Source: Dimargaris cristalligena
Taxonomy: Eukaryota
Direction of reading: 5' to 3'
Assembly (NCBI GenBank): GCA_003614675.1
Contig: ML002300.1
Location: 1 to 45,718, forward strand
Length of the DNA stretch: 45,718 bases
The notes under the pieces: model-generated
Told to the model about the DNA's origin: nothing
Database searches by the model: none
What the model saw: the letters and a program-made list of their open reading frames with translations, nothing else
Part shown: in pieces, positions 10,871 to 23,795 of the stretch
How the letters are laid out: each line of letters begins with the position of its first letter
Position numbering within the stretch: position 1 is the stretch's first letter
Made by a program: the position numbers and the translations under genes

Positions 10871-12200
10871 CTAGCCCCGTCTCTTTCCGGGGGCCAGAGT
10901 TTTCTCCTGCAGCATAGTTCGCCGCAGAGCGTCTCGGTAGTGATCATCCAGGTGACGCCAGTCAGTCGCACGCCGAACCAGGGCTTCACAGAGCGAAGCC
11001 GAATGCTGCTGGGGGAAATAGTCGGTGTCCGTATCCAGAGCTAGACTACTTAATGCAAGCGAAGAGTCCACCGCGGTATCCCCATCTTGACCATTTACCT
11101 CACCCGGGTTGGGGGGGCACGTACCGAAAGTGATCAGGGATAGCTTACGGGACGCCTGGTGGGCGGCGGCAGTGGGGGTCAAAGATACCTTTAGCGCTTG
11201 GTAGGCCTCCGCCGTTTTCCGAAGTTCGTCCAGGGCGGAGGATTCGTCATTGGTATTCGCCCCGACCCCACCGGCCTGGGGACGGAGCAGGGCCAGAGGC
11301 ACCACCCCTTTTAGCCGCGAGGAAAGGTTGGCGGGACCCACGGTGGCCTGATGAAGGGAGGAGGCCAGAATCTTATTTTTGAGCTGCAGGAGTTGATTGC
11401 CAGTGAGATACTCCCGAGAGCAGTGGTTGCTGGCTATCACCCCGGGAACGGGATTGACAACGGAACTGATGGCAAACGCCCCTTTGTTCTGCAGCAGGCT
11501 GTAAACGTAGATGGCGTCCCCCCAGTCATTGTCGATGCAATACTCGTGGAAGTCCTCGAGAATATTCGCGAGGCGGAGGTCGATTGGAATGGGGACCAAA
11601 TCGAACAGTTTGGGCTGGGTGGAGTATAATAAGTACAGCGCATATAATACGCCCAGAATTGTTTCGTGTACCGGATTTGGAGGTAAGAAATCTAAATGTG
11701 GTTATAGATATATGCATGCCAGCGAAATATAACAAAAGAAAAAGAATACTTAGTATCTCAAATGCCGAAATGAATGAGCGGTGGGTTACAAAGGGTCAAA
11801 CCGAGAAATTGAGTGGTAACAGTTGTCACTTAATCAAAATACGTCCAAAGACAATCGCGGACAGCGACCACAGCATATGTTCATAATACTTACTGAATAT
11901 TTTGAGATATAGGTTTTGCATAAACGGTTCACGGCCGGTCTTCTCGACGCATGCAAAGTGAATGGCGGAAAAGTTGAGTTGGCGCCACGTTTCCCGGTAT
12001 GGCTCAAAGTCAGGGCGATAAATGCGTCGAAATTCGTTCATAAGCTGTGCCACGTCTGTCTCCAGGGCATCGAGGCGCTGGGCCTTCTGGCCAATGTCAA
12101 CAAAGTACTGGTTGGGCAACTGGTCCTCGGGTAACGGGTTTCTCTTTTTGGGTGCAGGTTTCGGTTTTGCACCAGCACTTGCGCTGGAGTCGGGCCGCAT
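10871..12200 (-). CDS. SNAPC1: snRNA-activating protein complex subunit 1 (SNAP43) homolog, about 375 aa, 2 exons: 11894-12200, 10871-11691; N-terminus uncertain
   Basis: The spliced product contains DFEPYRETWRQLNFSAIHF...NFLPP...ILGVLYALYLLYSTQP...IPIDL...DAIYVYSLL..KGAF, collinear with the SNAP43 domain as I know it (F..F..W....F..I...FLPP...VGALYLLYGLYNTQ...DA.YIF..L...AF). GTAAGT/TAG intron 11692-11893. A pyrimidine-rich TAG acceptor at 12224-12226 suggests a further upstream exon. Confidence 0.85.
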
Positions 12201-15200
12201 GGTGACAATTTCTTGTGGCAACACTAGGAAACGAAAATGTACAAAAGAGTAGGTGTAAGACTATAGAAAAAAGGGGAATGGGAATGTTATGAATTGCTGT
12301 ATGCTTCGCTCGCTATTTTTTATTACTTTTAAACAAACTCTAAACAAATCAGGTATGGGTAAAATAATCTCCCATCGTGGGTACATTGTGCCGGTTCGGT
12401 GTACATGGTGGTGGTGGCCTTTTCTGTAAACCAAACCAATAGGTAAATTACAAGACCCCATTGGATAATAAAATAATTTTAGCCATTTGCCACTAAGCTC
12501 GGGGAGAATTGGGTGTAGCGCCGGGAAAGCTCAATAACAGTGGTGTAAATTATACTACGTTAAGGACCGACATGTATTGTCTGCAAATATATGAGGTAAT
12601 TTAAAGCTGAAGGTGGAGTTGGAGTTGGAATTAAGATTAAGGTGTACTGGCTCTGTAGAAATAATCCTTACAAGCATGGAAGATGTTGTTATGACCGACC
12701 TGATTCTACAGGGATTGGTATTTCTTAAATACGAGTTTTGGTTATACATACCGATTCCCAATCGGCATGCATATTATTTTGTATTTAACATACTCTACCT
12801 GTTACGACCTATATCCATTTGGCTGCATCCCTTTTTTCAATTTACATATATATGGCTTCGGCAATTCTTAGCTACCTTAAATTATCTACTACGGTATCTC
12901 GCCAACTAGCCATGGCAACTTCGTGGCCTTAGCCCCCAGTTATTCCACATTCACATGCCCAGTACCCATGATTTCACTGTTTGCTCGTTCCTACTTTCCT
13001 TTGTTTCAGATATGTAGCCCCCCCAGCACTCACCAGCCAGGCCAGGCCAACCCATTAACTAGCCCGGTGATCTCGTAGTTTTACCTTGCGAATGATCCCA
13101 ACTCCCATATCAATCGCCACAATGTGGGTTTCCCACTATTCTCCCCTCGTCGCTCAATCAGTGATTGTCTGGTTCCGCTTTATCAGGTCGAAAAGCCGGC
13201 CTACTTAGATGCCAACATCGACCATTATCACCTATTCATACGCCTATCTGATGAAGGTGTACCCTCCGATAACCCGCTTCCATATACGGGGGACTTGACC
13301 CATTTGTTGATCTATCTGGAATAGCCTCAACCAATGAATCACCTGGTTTAATGGGGAAAAACACGGTCGGCTTATTAAAAAATACGAGCGATAACCAGGC
13401 TGAATAACAGAGGGCAGCGGCCTTTGGACTACCCGGACGACGCTATATTTCCATGGAGATTGGGACAATCAGGCAGTTCAGTCGTCACATGCATCTAGTA
13501 CATTCACACCACTCAAACTTAAAATAGGTGGGATATTGGACTTGGGCTGTGTAGGTCACCATAGTGAAGACCCGATTGGCGCTTAGAGGGTATGTTTATT
13601 TGTTGTATCCTTCAAACACACTAGATACAGTAAATAACCACAGAATCAACATATTTATGAAATGTCTTTTCTCGCATTAGAGTCTCTTGGAAGGCTCGTT
13701 TGGAATATATTGACATACAGCTCCTCGATGGAATGAAAGTATTATAACCATACGATCCTATGACCATGGCACAAACCGCGGTGGGGAAAATCGAGTCGAA
13801 GAGAGTGTCCCGTTAGCCCATACGCTCAAGGCGGTGGATAGGTCGATGTATAATGATACTAGAGAAGGCGGGGAAAGCTGACACAGATCGCCGGGTTAGA
13901 GTGTGGCTGTGAAAACATGCTGCTGTCATTTCTCCGGCCCATTTGACGGAGACTCACCTCTATTTAGACCCCTTTTCCACCTTTATCTGCCCTCTTTGCG
14001 CTCCCCAGTTCGAGCGAGGATGCCCCACACTTTCCTAATTTAGCGTCTTAACACATTCACCAAGTGTGGTCTAAGTTTCAATACAGTGTTCGGGGTATCG
14101 ACCTTCCTTCTTTTTTTTTCTTATACGCATTCCTTCGCTTTCTAAATATAGGATACCAAATATTAGAATGACTGTCCGTATCCATACCATTTAGGTCGAG
14201 CTAAACTCCTCCGAGAAAAGTGGGTGTGTTTTGCATTAGAGATCATCCCCCATGTATCCCTCGGGCAGCCAACTCGAAAGAATTCATCATCCCAACTGCC
14301 CTATTGATCCCCAAGGGCCTGTTCTAAGCTAAATCCACCTACAGACCATTTTTATAATTCCTTCCAACTCTCGGTTTTAGGGTTCTCTAGAATAGAAAAT
14401 AAATGCGTTGATTAATTGCGAAGCGGGACTTCCGCCTTACTCTTCACACCCCGTTTCATAGCTGGCTATTTCTAACATAGAGGAGTTGGTCAGAGACTGG
14501 ATAAAAGCTAGCATAGGGTATGGACATACTGGGACAGCACACAATGCTATCCCTTATATATTAACTAAATACCAAGCGAAGAACCACTGTTGACGACAAT
14601 GTGGTGACAAATACCTGTAATTATTGCGGGTGCCGAATAGCATAAGCTAGAGTATTAATTAGACTTGTTTGTTGCCCATTATCTCTTGCGTAGTAAGCAT
14701 GATACTGGAGGGGGTGCAGAGTCGGTATATGGGAGGCACTTGGACAAAGCCTTCCCAGGTGGCACTACTCAAAGCTCCCGGTACATACATGAGCTACAGT
14801 TCTTTCACCAGCTCCTTTTGACTCATCCCACCGAATGATCAACAGGGTAAAGGAATTCGAGAATGTAAATGGGTTATGTAAATCAATGCCTATCGCCAAG
14901 TTTTATCATAATAGGCCCAAGCTTTGGCTGGAGAAGAAGGAAAGGAAGAAAGAACCCCTCCTGCCTAGGGAGAATGCCACTGCTCCCTACTGCTGGTCGG
15001 CCTACCACTTGACATTACAATCGACGCACTGATGAGTGGTACAGCAGTATGGTAAACTGGTGAAGAGAAGAGAGCGGGTATTTTTCAATGCAGCGTACCA
15101 CCATCTTTCCATACGCATACTGTCGCCACCTTATCCAAAAAAGCACCGGTCGCTACTTTACAAGTGGAAGGAAACGACCTGGTCCAAGAACCTGCCCCAA

Positions 15201-16082
15201 TTATCACCTTGAACTGATCGTCAAACTACGCCAGACGACGGAATTACAGTTGTTTACTAGCAGTTGCTCTCACCACCCATGGCTACTGTATATCGGGATG
15301 GCCAAAAATATACCTCTGGCTACTGATCTGACTGACAAGGCGGTATTTCCGGATGTCACTCATGATAGGCCACTCTGGCGGCGGTCGATAAATGGAAGAC
15401 ATCGTCGGCAATCTAGATTTAGCCGCCTCTCGGAATTATATTCTTGGTGGAAGACCAGTGGATTAACATCCCGCCACTTTCCTTAAAGCAAGAGGTAGAA
15501 AATAGATCCGAACAAATGAACCATAGCGGGATCATTCATAATTCATTATTCATCATTCTCTTCGGATAATCGGTAAATCATAGTTTTGGTTATATTAACC
15601 TAATTAACCAGCTGGTTTGTGAGGTGCGATAATAAATTAGCGTGGTGTCGTAGGCAGATTAATAATATCGCAAGACAAGTCAGCCAACTGACTAGCTAAC
15701 ATATATATAGTAATTTATTAACAGGTCCCCCATTTCTAAATCTACCGGGTTGAAAAACGCAAGCTTTAAACCGCCAATCGTTAGGGGTTCGCACAAGCGC
15801 CATTTGGGGATATCCGACACATAGACATATGGAACCCTACTGCTCTGTAGTTCTTGGTCATACGACTTTCCAAATAGTATAAGCACTGGATGGCATTAAT
15901 CCCGATATAAATCCCAACGACCAATGGGATTGGTGCCAAATATTCGAGTCAGCTAATCGGCCGGTTGGATTGTAAAATCCCCCGGATACGATGCACGGAA
16001 AAATTATTTACCCGCACGATGGTCACTGGGCAGGCCAAGTCATTTAATTGAGGAATCATAGGGCAGCTGTTATCCCTCGCAT

Positions 16083-16260
16083 CAAAGTACACTTCCCGCC
16101 TTTTGGACCACTTCTCCCCTGTCTCGCATCATAAACTAACAGCAGGCAGATTGAACCATTCGGTGGTACTCATCTCCTTGGGAATTTTCACATACTTTAG
16201 GCTAACTCCAGCACTCGTTTGGTTTCAGGTCGGGGAGGTACGGACACCAATCTATACAGG
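16083..16260 (-). mobile_element. Degenerate Tc1/mariner (DDE_3-type) transposase C-terminal relic
   Basis: The minus strand reads IDWCPYLPDLKPNECWS*, resembling the Tc1 WPPYSPDLNPIE..W motif. It is followed, across frameshifts, by KIPKEM and MRDR.EVV/KGGKCT, resembling the Tc1 tail W..IP...SMP.R..AVI.AKGG.T. No TIRs identified. Confidence 0.5.
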
Positions 16261-19200
16261 GAGCCATAGAATGATCGTCCCGTCCTCTAAGGTTTTGGTT
16301 AATTAGAAGGTTACATCTCAAAAGAGGGTGGTAGGAAAGGGGGGATGATGTAGATACCCACTGATAAAACTCAAACCCCCTCTTACTTGCCCAAAAAAAA
16401 GCCACTGTGTCTAAATCAGTTCCCAAGGTACAGCGTTTTGTTTATATGTTGTGTCCAATACATCTCCGCCAGCCTTTGTCTTTTAGTACTGATATGAAAG
16501 GGAGGATGTGTCAGAGTGATTAGACAACGTCGGAGTTTAGTCGGAAATTTTAAATGCCAAGAATGCCATAATACCGGCGAGTAAGTGTGAAATGGAAATG
16601 ATGAGAGAGCGTTAATTTGTGACTATCCCCTCAACCACTTCCATAATACGCAAGTCTGGTGTCTATTTTTGCAGCAACCAATTCCACGTCATACCTCTAT
16701 TGTGACCAATTTTGGATATCAAGTTAATGCCAGCCGGCCTAAACAGGGGGCTATGTGGCAGGCAGTTGGGGATTATATTGGGTCGGAGGAAGGGAGAGGT
16801 TGACCCAATAACCACACTATAGTTATCTGTTGATGGCTGAATATGAAAGTGACAGGCATCCATCACCATTAGAATGCTATAAAAGGGAAAATAAGGCGGG
16901 TTATCCCCACAGATGAGCACCCCCTCCACCTACTCACCTGTTAGGTAATTTTAGTAATATGCCTCGGTCGACTATTAAGCACGAGGGCGGCGAGTGACCT
17001 CCGACTGGCAGCGTCAAGTACCAGTTCTGGCACTATACTCTGACCGTTGACGGGTCGGTAAGTGTTTGACACAATCCAGTGCTACTGTTCACTTGAATGA
17101 GCGAGTGGGTGGGTATGAGTGAGTGAGGAGTCTTCTTCACGCTAATTGTATGACTCAGGACTAAGGATTGATGGGAATTAGTAAATTTACCGACAGTGTT
17201 AGTGATGCCAACCCAAACCGTTAACAATCCCTCCTCACCTCCCCCCTAAACCAGTGTGAAATCGGCGGATGGACGGGCCCTCCCCCCTTCTCATCCACAG
17301 TGTTTGGGCCAAGGTATCCTGCCTTAAGGGGAAATGTGGCAATAGTCAACTAATGGTTGTTATCGGAAAAATCGACACCCATCAGGAAAATAGTGGTGAC
17401 CCCTGGCTCAGCTTCAGCATTTAAAATAATACGGATGGCGAATGTAAAGTAGTGAAAGGTGGTTATATATTTGCTGGTATCCCTTTTTTAGTTGAACAAG
17501 TATATCTGGCTCGACATCGATAGGTTTCTACTCGAGCTTCGGAGTAAACTTGGAAAAACATCAAGATCCAACTAGTCCAGGTTATTACCAACTCCGTGGG
17601 CTGTCTATTGGTGGACTATATTATTGTTTAGCCCCCATAAAATGGTAAGCATATCTGTTAATAGCTCTAGATAACATTGAGACAATCTCTGTGCCGTCCT
17701 AACCCAGTTGCCTTGGAAATGACTGCCATCTTAGGGCAGGGCAATGAGGATATAGGTCTCACCGAAACTGGGGCAGGGAAAACGAGCGAGAATAGGTAAA
17801 GATCAGGATAATTTGACTGGAAGAGCCTTTATCCGGAGGATTGGCCAATAAACCTAGATACAGTTGGGACTCATTCGTGCCCCATGCTTTAGCAGTACCC
17901 ATCCCCATCCCCCTAACCTTCACACCAGGAATTGGTGGAGCAACCTACAATGTTTCCTGATTAAGCCCCAGGGCCATTCCAACTAAGCAATTGCGGTGCT
18001 CCCAGCTGCCATTTTTTTTGAATACTTATTTCCCTCCTCTTTATGTTTATTGTGCATTATATCCGCCTTTCTGGTACATCCTATATCATTCCGAAGTCAT
18101 CAATAGCAATCCCCCTGCCTTCTCATTCCAAGCAGAAAAAATAGGCTGTGTAGGGCATATCTGGGCGGGGCATGGTATTGGGTTCCCAAAGAATTCCGAA
18201 ATCCCGAAAAATTGCAAGGTGAAGGGATAAGAACCCCATAGCGGGTGAATGATGGCAACGTTTGTTACAGGGCGATTGACGGTCAGTGGAGAGAAAAGGG
18301 GCGTGCTCAATATAATTTTGACATTGCTAATTGCACGGTCTGTCCAATCACACCTATCTGGAGTCGCTGCCCTCCCTTCAACCCTAAAGGCCCACCACCA
18401 TCTAGAATCACCCCCCCCCTCCACACACACACTGACATCACTTGAGTATTACAGTCGGACAAATAAATAGGCAGGCATACTGCGTCGGTCGGAGAGTTTG
18501 GGCGTTTGGATTGGTGGAACTAGAAAAAAAAGTTACATCTTTTCGGTAGCAAATTGGCACGTCACTGGCACCCGATTGACGAATGGAAAGCGTAAAGGAA
18601 CAATAGAGCAAAGTCACTCATGAGCGGAATTTTTCCTTCGTCCCGCCCCCAAGCGCCCCCTTCCCCCTCCTCACAGTTTGCAGTGTGGCCCGTGAACGCG
18701 CGATGCCTTGACAGTGGGAATAAGGCGGGGAAGGTTGGTAAAGCAACGGAAGGTGTACCAAAAAAATAATATGTATGGACCAATTCGGATTATTGGAACT
18801 AAAATCATCATTAAGCCGGGGAAGAGGAATCGATGGACACTCTATTCTGGCGTTCAAGTCGGAGGTGTGAGCTGGGACTTTGGGCTTTAGCGTGAGTGTG
18901 GATGTGGATGTGGATATGGATGTGTGTGTGTGTGTCTGTGTTCGTGTGCGATATATGTGTGTGAGGGGTTTGCTACCAATTCATGGTCCGATTCCCCTCT
19001 CCGAGTGGATGATGGGAAGCAATGGTTCAAGTCGCTTCCCTTCTCACTCGGTCAACCAAACTGACATGACGATTTCTCTATTGCCTTAAAAAGAAGAAGA
19101 CCTGCCCCTGACGACACTCATGAATAGCGCCGTGGCACCATGTTTTCCCTTCATGGCGGTAAAGTCGGACTCCACCGCCGCAATGCCAAACTAGGGAGTG

Positions 19201-20961
19201 GCAGGAGGATGCCATAAACTAGGGCGTAGCTGGAACAATGAAATTACCCTTTTGAGCGTTGAAGTGGACTTGCTTAGATCAGTAGAGACATTCACTGCCG
19301 CTGACGAAGCGGCACTTCCACCACCATCACCCTCTCGAATGTCCGATATGGAATGGGTATCACTATATAGGGATAGTGCACCATCTCCAGTTTGACGTAC
19401 TAAAAAATTGGTGTTAGCCTAAGGGCATCACTCCGATTGCCGTCCCGTAGTCAACCACTACTCCCTTTAATTAGTGATATAAATCATGCTAATGCACTGG
19501 ATTATACCTACCGTTGGGTGATATATGGGGAAAGGCTTTAGAAAAATAGATTCTCGGCCGACAATTATGACTGACCACCCCCCCCCCCCTGCCAGATGTA
19601 ATTTGGGTGGAGAGCCAATCGTGGCCATCTTAGGGAATCGAAACTGGCTGCTTTGGAATGTTTGTATCTTTATTCGGGGTTCTTTTTCGGCTATAGACTG
19701 GGAAGACTTGGCTGCGGGGCCACCGTAATGGAACTAGGTCATTGTATCTCTCTTTCTCTGTGTGTGTGCGGGGGTGCATGGGTGGTGGGTATCACTAATT
19801 ATACTATTCGGTGGTGATAATAATAATAACATCACACAGCGTAGCACAGCACTAGTGGTGTAGTTATTTCCCGGCGACTCGTATTCCCATGTAATCTCGC
19901 TGGACACAGTCATATCGCACCCAAAAACTCGCAAATTACAGCAACTCCAATAACAACCCAGCGTAATCATCATAATAATCCACCATTAAGCACCTCCGTA
20001 GGCCTAGCCAATCGGACCTCCATCTACCGGCACATCCCCCCATATTACCGTTCCCATCACATAGGCACTTATTTTTTCATGCACCGGGGGACCAGCTCCG
20101 GTTGTTTTAGGAGAACGAGAGGGCCAAACCAACCTTGAATTAGTAATGGCCGATCCCTGTTGCATCTCAGCTCAATCTGACGGGCCCCTCCCGCCCTATG
20201 CACTGGGTTAGAAGGTCGTGCGGGGTGTCAACCAGTGAGGGACTACTAGACCAAACCTTGGCTGTGTGTGTGTGGTGGGGAGGGGTCCACTCCCCACTAG
20301 TGAAATTTCCTTTCCCAATATCACTCCGCCCATAGAGGATGGACTGTATATCCCAGTGATGAGCAACAAAACGCCCTCTATTTCACTGTCTTCCTCTGAT
20401 AGGGGAAAGACTCCGCTCATTAAAGTACCCCACCACATTGGGTCTAGTGAGTGTTGAAGTTATTAGAGTCACGGCTCCCGTATTTAAGTATCGGCTTATC
20501 CGCTCCCCCTCATCCCACTTGGTCTATCTATCACACACTATTCGCCCCGCCCCCCATTGACTCGCCTTTTTTCCTTCACTAATCAATCCTTCATCTTTGG
20601 CACTGACACTAAAGATCTTGAATATACCGCCATTTTTATCCGAATCAACTTGCCGAGAAATCCGCCAATTTCTATTTGTATTCTAGTTTTGAGTTGCACC
20701 AACCTACTTTAATATCTACCACTTTTCAGTATTTAATTATATCTCTTTCACCCTCGATTCTAGCCTTTGACCAACTTCTTTGTTTGCTTGTCCTTCTTTT
20801 TATTTTTTTTTAAAAAAATATAATAACTATTCACCTACGCAACTCTTTCATTGCCGATTATTGACATTGTCCCTCTTTGTTCTAAATTATCCACCTTCGC
20901 TGCTGTAATTTCATTCGCAAATATCTTTTTATTTATTTTCTATATAGAATCACATATCGCC

Positions 20962-22245
20962 ATGGACAATATATCTCTGTTTAACCTTAGGTTCCCGTCA
21001 TACTCGAGCACCCCCAAGTGCCAGCCCAATAGCGTTCTCTCGGGGGTAGTGATGATCAAGATAGCGCGACCCCTCGAACTGCAGCGGCTATCCATTACGG
21101 TTAAGGGGCGGGAAAAGGTGGCCCTCCGGCTGATGACCCTGCCTTCGGCCAACAGCATCGATGACTTGCAAACCCTCCAAAAGACCTACTTCCGGCACGA
21201 AAAGACCATTGTGGACCTATCCGAATGCAAGACACTAGCAGTAGGGATGCACCTCTACCATTTTACGTGTATTTTCCCCAACGTCAACTACCCCGCGTCA
21301 GCACGGGAAATGCACTACGCGATTGAATACTTCTGCAGTGCTACCCTGTACACCCACCAGCATAAGTACCATACGCCCGACTTGTCCATTATTTTCGAAC
21401 CGTTGTTGGAACCCGCTGAGGATACGGCGACCCGGTTCGCGGTTCAACGGACGGCGGTGTCGCTCATGGGCGAAGCGCCAACGCTGGAGATCAAGAAGGC
21501 CCTCTTTAAACTACGGTCCCAGTTTTCGCACTTCCATTACTTGCCTGGGGATAACGTGGTGCTCAATTTAGGATTGGACCCCTGTTTGAGTGTGACTTCG
21601 ATCCGGAAGGTGGAGTATCGGGTCGTTGAAACCACGGCGTGTTACTACTCCGGTGACTGGGCGAACCAGTCCAAGGCCAGTCATAGCGGCGACGATTCGG
21701 ACCTCGAGTCCATGGCCGCCGCCAGCGAACACCCACTGTGGTCGCGGGACCGCACCCTGCACCCGGCCAAATCGGTCCACCTCACCCGCAACTACTCCAA
21801 CATTTATCCCATCAGCCGCTGGCTCGCCACCATTGAGTTCAAACTCCCCGAAACCATTCGGCCCCTGCCTTGTGCCTTTTTGCGCTTCTCCTACAATATC
21901 GAATTGACCGTGACGTTCTGGAGCGGTCTGCGGACCAGCCGGGTGGCCATGGGCTTGATCCCTATTGCGGTATCACCCGATTTACGGGACTCTGAACCTT
22001 TGAAAACGGGAGATGAGGCGATATCGCTGGATGGGAGCACTATGCCCTCCACCACCACCACAACTACTCGGTCAGTGATTTCGATTGCCTCTAGTTCGGA
22101 CTCGTTAAGCACCGCGGCGCTAGACCCCCTGGCAGCGGAACTGCGGGAGGAGCGGAGGCGTCGGGCCTCCCCACCACATATATTCGATCTTAAAAGGGGA
22201 AATATGATGATTCCAGCCCCAAGCATCGAGGTGATCTCCATGTAA
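20962..22245 (+). CDS. Alpha-arrestin / arrestin N-domain protein, about 427 aa
   Basis: ATG at 20962 lies inside the longer TTG-started ORF. Arrestin-N pattern LSGVVMIKI...ITVKGREKV...GMHLYHFTCIFPNVNYPAS...IEY, and an arrestin-C-like half YLPGD.V.LNL...FKLPE...FSYNIELTV...IPI. Intronless. Confidence 0.8.
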   Translation: MDNISLFNLRFPSYSSTPKCQPNSVLSGVVMIKIARPLELQRLSITVKGREKVALRLMTLPSANSIDDLQTLQKTYFRHEKTIVDLSECKTLAVGMHLYHFTCIFPNVNYPASAREMHYAIEYFCSATLYTHQHKYHTPDLSIIFEPLLEPAEDTATRFAVQRTAVSLMGEAPTLEIKKALFKLRSQFSHFHYLPGDNVVLNLGLDPCLSVTSIRKVEYRVVETTACYYSGDWANQSKASHSGDDSDLESMAAASEHPLWSRDRTLHPAKSVHLTRNYSNIYPISRWLATIEFKLPETIRPLPCAFLRFSYNIELTVTFWSGLRTSRVAMGLIPIAVSPDLRDSEPLKTGDEAISLDGSTMPSTTTTTTRSVISIASSSDSLSTAALDPLAAELREERRRRASPPHIFDLKRGNMMIPAPSIEVISM

Positions 22246-22676
22246 TTATCTTCCTCCTCTTTTAATGTTTAATTTTTTAAAAAATTGTTTTTGATAGCTC
22301 CCCTCCCCCCTTATTTAATTTATTTCAGTGAGGGGGGCAGTGGCGGTGTACCTCTCCCCCACTAATACTATTATTTATTCTGTTCACCTCTTTGGAAGCA
22401 GAGTTTACTTTACTTCTAGGGAGGGACTGCTATACGATATCGGTTGGGTTTGATATGCAAATATTCCCCCCCCTCCCTGCCCAAAGAGAAGGGAGGGGGG
22501 GATATCTAGGTGTTTTGCGGATGTATAATTATAGCCTAACGGGCCCCTTGTTTCACTTCGTTTATTATTATTTCTTTCCACTATTTGGTTCAATTAGCAT
22601 CATTTTTGGTAGAGGCGTTTCCTATTATTTCTCGGTTCTCTTACAATGGCTAAAAAAATTTCAGCTGCTACTGATA

Positions 22677-22699
22677 CTCTCTCTCTCTCTCTCTCTCTC
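22677..22699. repeat. (CT)n microsatellite
   Basis: CT dinucleotide run downstream of the arrestin gene. Confidence 0.9.
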
Positions 22700-23795
22700 C
22701 CTGTATATCCCCTCTCCCTTTTTCGCATGCCCACTTCTACCAAGTGGGGTTGACGCGGACAATCCCAATGGACAATCGGATATTCCTCCCCCCTTCTTCC
22801 CCTTCCTTTATCTCTATTTCTTCTCGTTCGCCTGCCGGTTCGGTATCTCTCCCCTTCACAATGTTTATGGTCATCACACTCACTGCATTATTTACATTCG
22901 GTACAGATTAGCCCGAGTATATTTTTCTGGCTGCCTTTTAAAATCTCTCTCCCCTCTTCGCCATTATGTTCATCGCTGGACGACGCTGGCTCTCTAAAAC
23001 AATGACAACTATAATGACAATAATAATAAAAAAAACCTAAATTACTACAGTATATCCTTAATGGGTTTTGGCAATTAGACCCGAATTCCGGTAAATCCCT
23101 GCAGGTATAATTGATGGACTTTCTTCTAGAAATAGAAAAAGGAGCTTCCTCAATATGTCCATAGATTTGGTACTGCAATACTAGGCTAGGGTTATGTGGA
23201 CAGATTAGAAGAGAATCGGTGGGTGTCGAGCATTGTGGATGACCACTGATCTATAAACTGCTGACTGTTTTCATTTCTGTAATGATATCCCAGAATTTCG
23301 TGTAACGGCTGCTGCATAAATTAATTTCAGGAATTACCCCAGCTGATCCCTGTCCATCGTGATGCCATTCCCCTTTATTTTATTTATTTCAATTGGCCGG
23401 ACTATATGGCATCCACCGGCCCCTTCCTCCCCAGTCCACCGCCCTCTACTAATACTGATGTAATCGATGTAATATAAGATTAGGAAGGCCAACCGACTAT
23501 TGGATAGATGAAAGATTGATTATCACATTCGGTATCCTAATATAAGCCTACCTAGAACAGTAACAGGGTTTTGGCCGCTAGGCAGATGACTATTACAAGA
23601 TATGCGGACTGTTAGAGGGAGTTAGGCCAGGCTCTACACAGGCTAGGTCCTTTGAATGGGCCTTGAGTAGCTCACATCCGGGGTGCTCGTGAATCATTTC
23701 CGAAAAATGCGGGGTCCGCTTAGAATCATTGATACTGCTGGATCTCTGCGTAGTCTTTTGTTCTTGGGGGGGGTGATACGGCAGATCTTGTATTT

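Noticed and set aside
19001-19051. SECIS interpretation of the hairpin (ATGA before a stem, AA at the loop start)
   Set aside because: The 3' strand has TTCT instead of the required GA for the non-Watson-Crick quartet, and no TGA-readthrough ORF is nearby.
22392-22997. 201-aa hydrophobic ORF downstream of the arrestin gene
   Set aside because: Non-ATG start, T-rich low-complexity 3' UTR-like sequence, and it runs through a (CT)n microsatellite.
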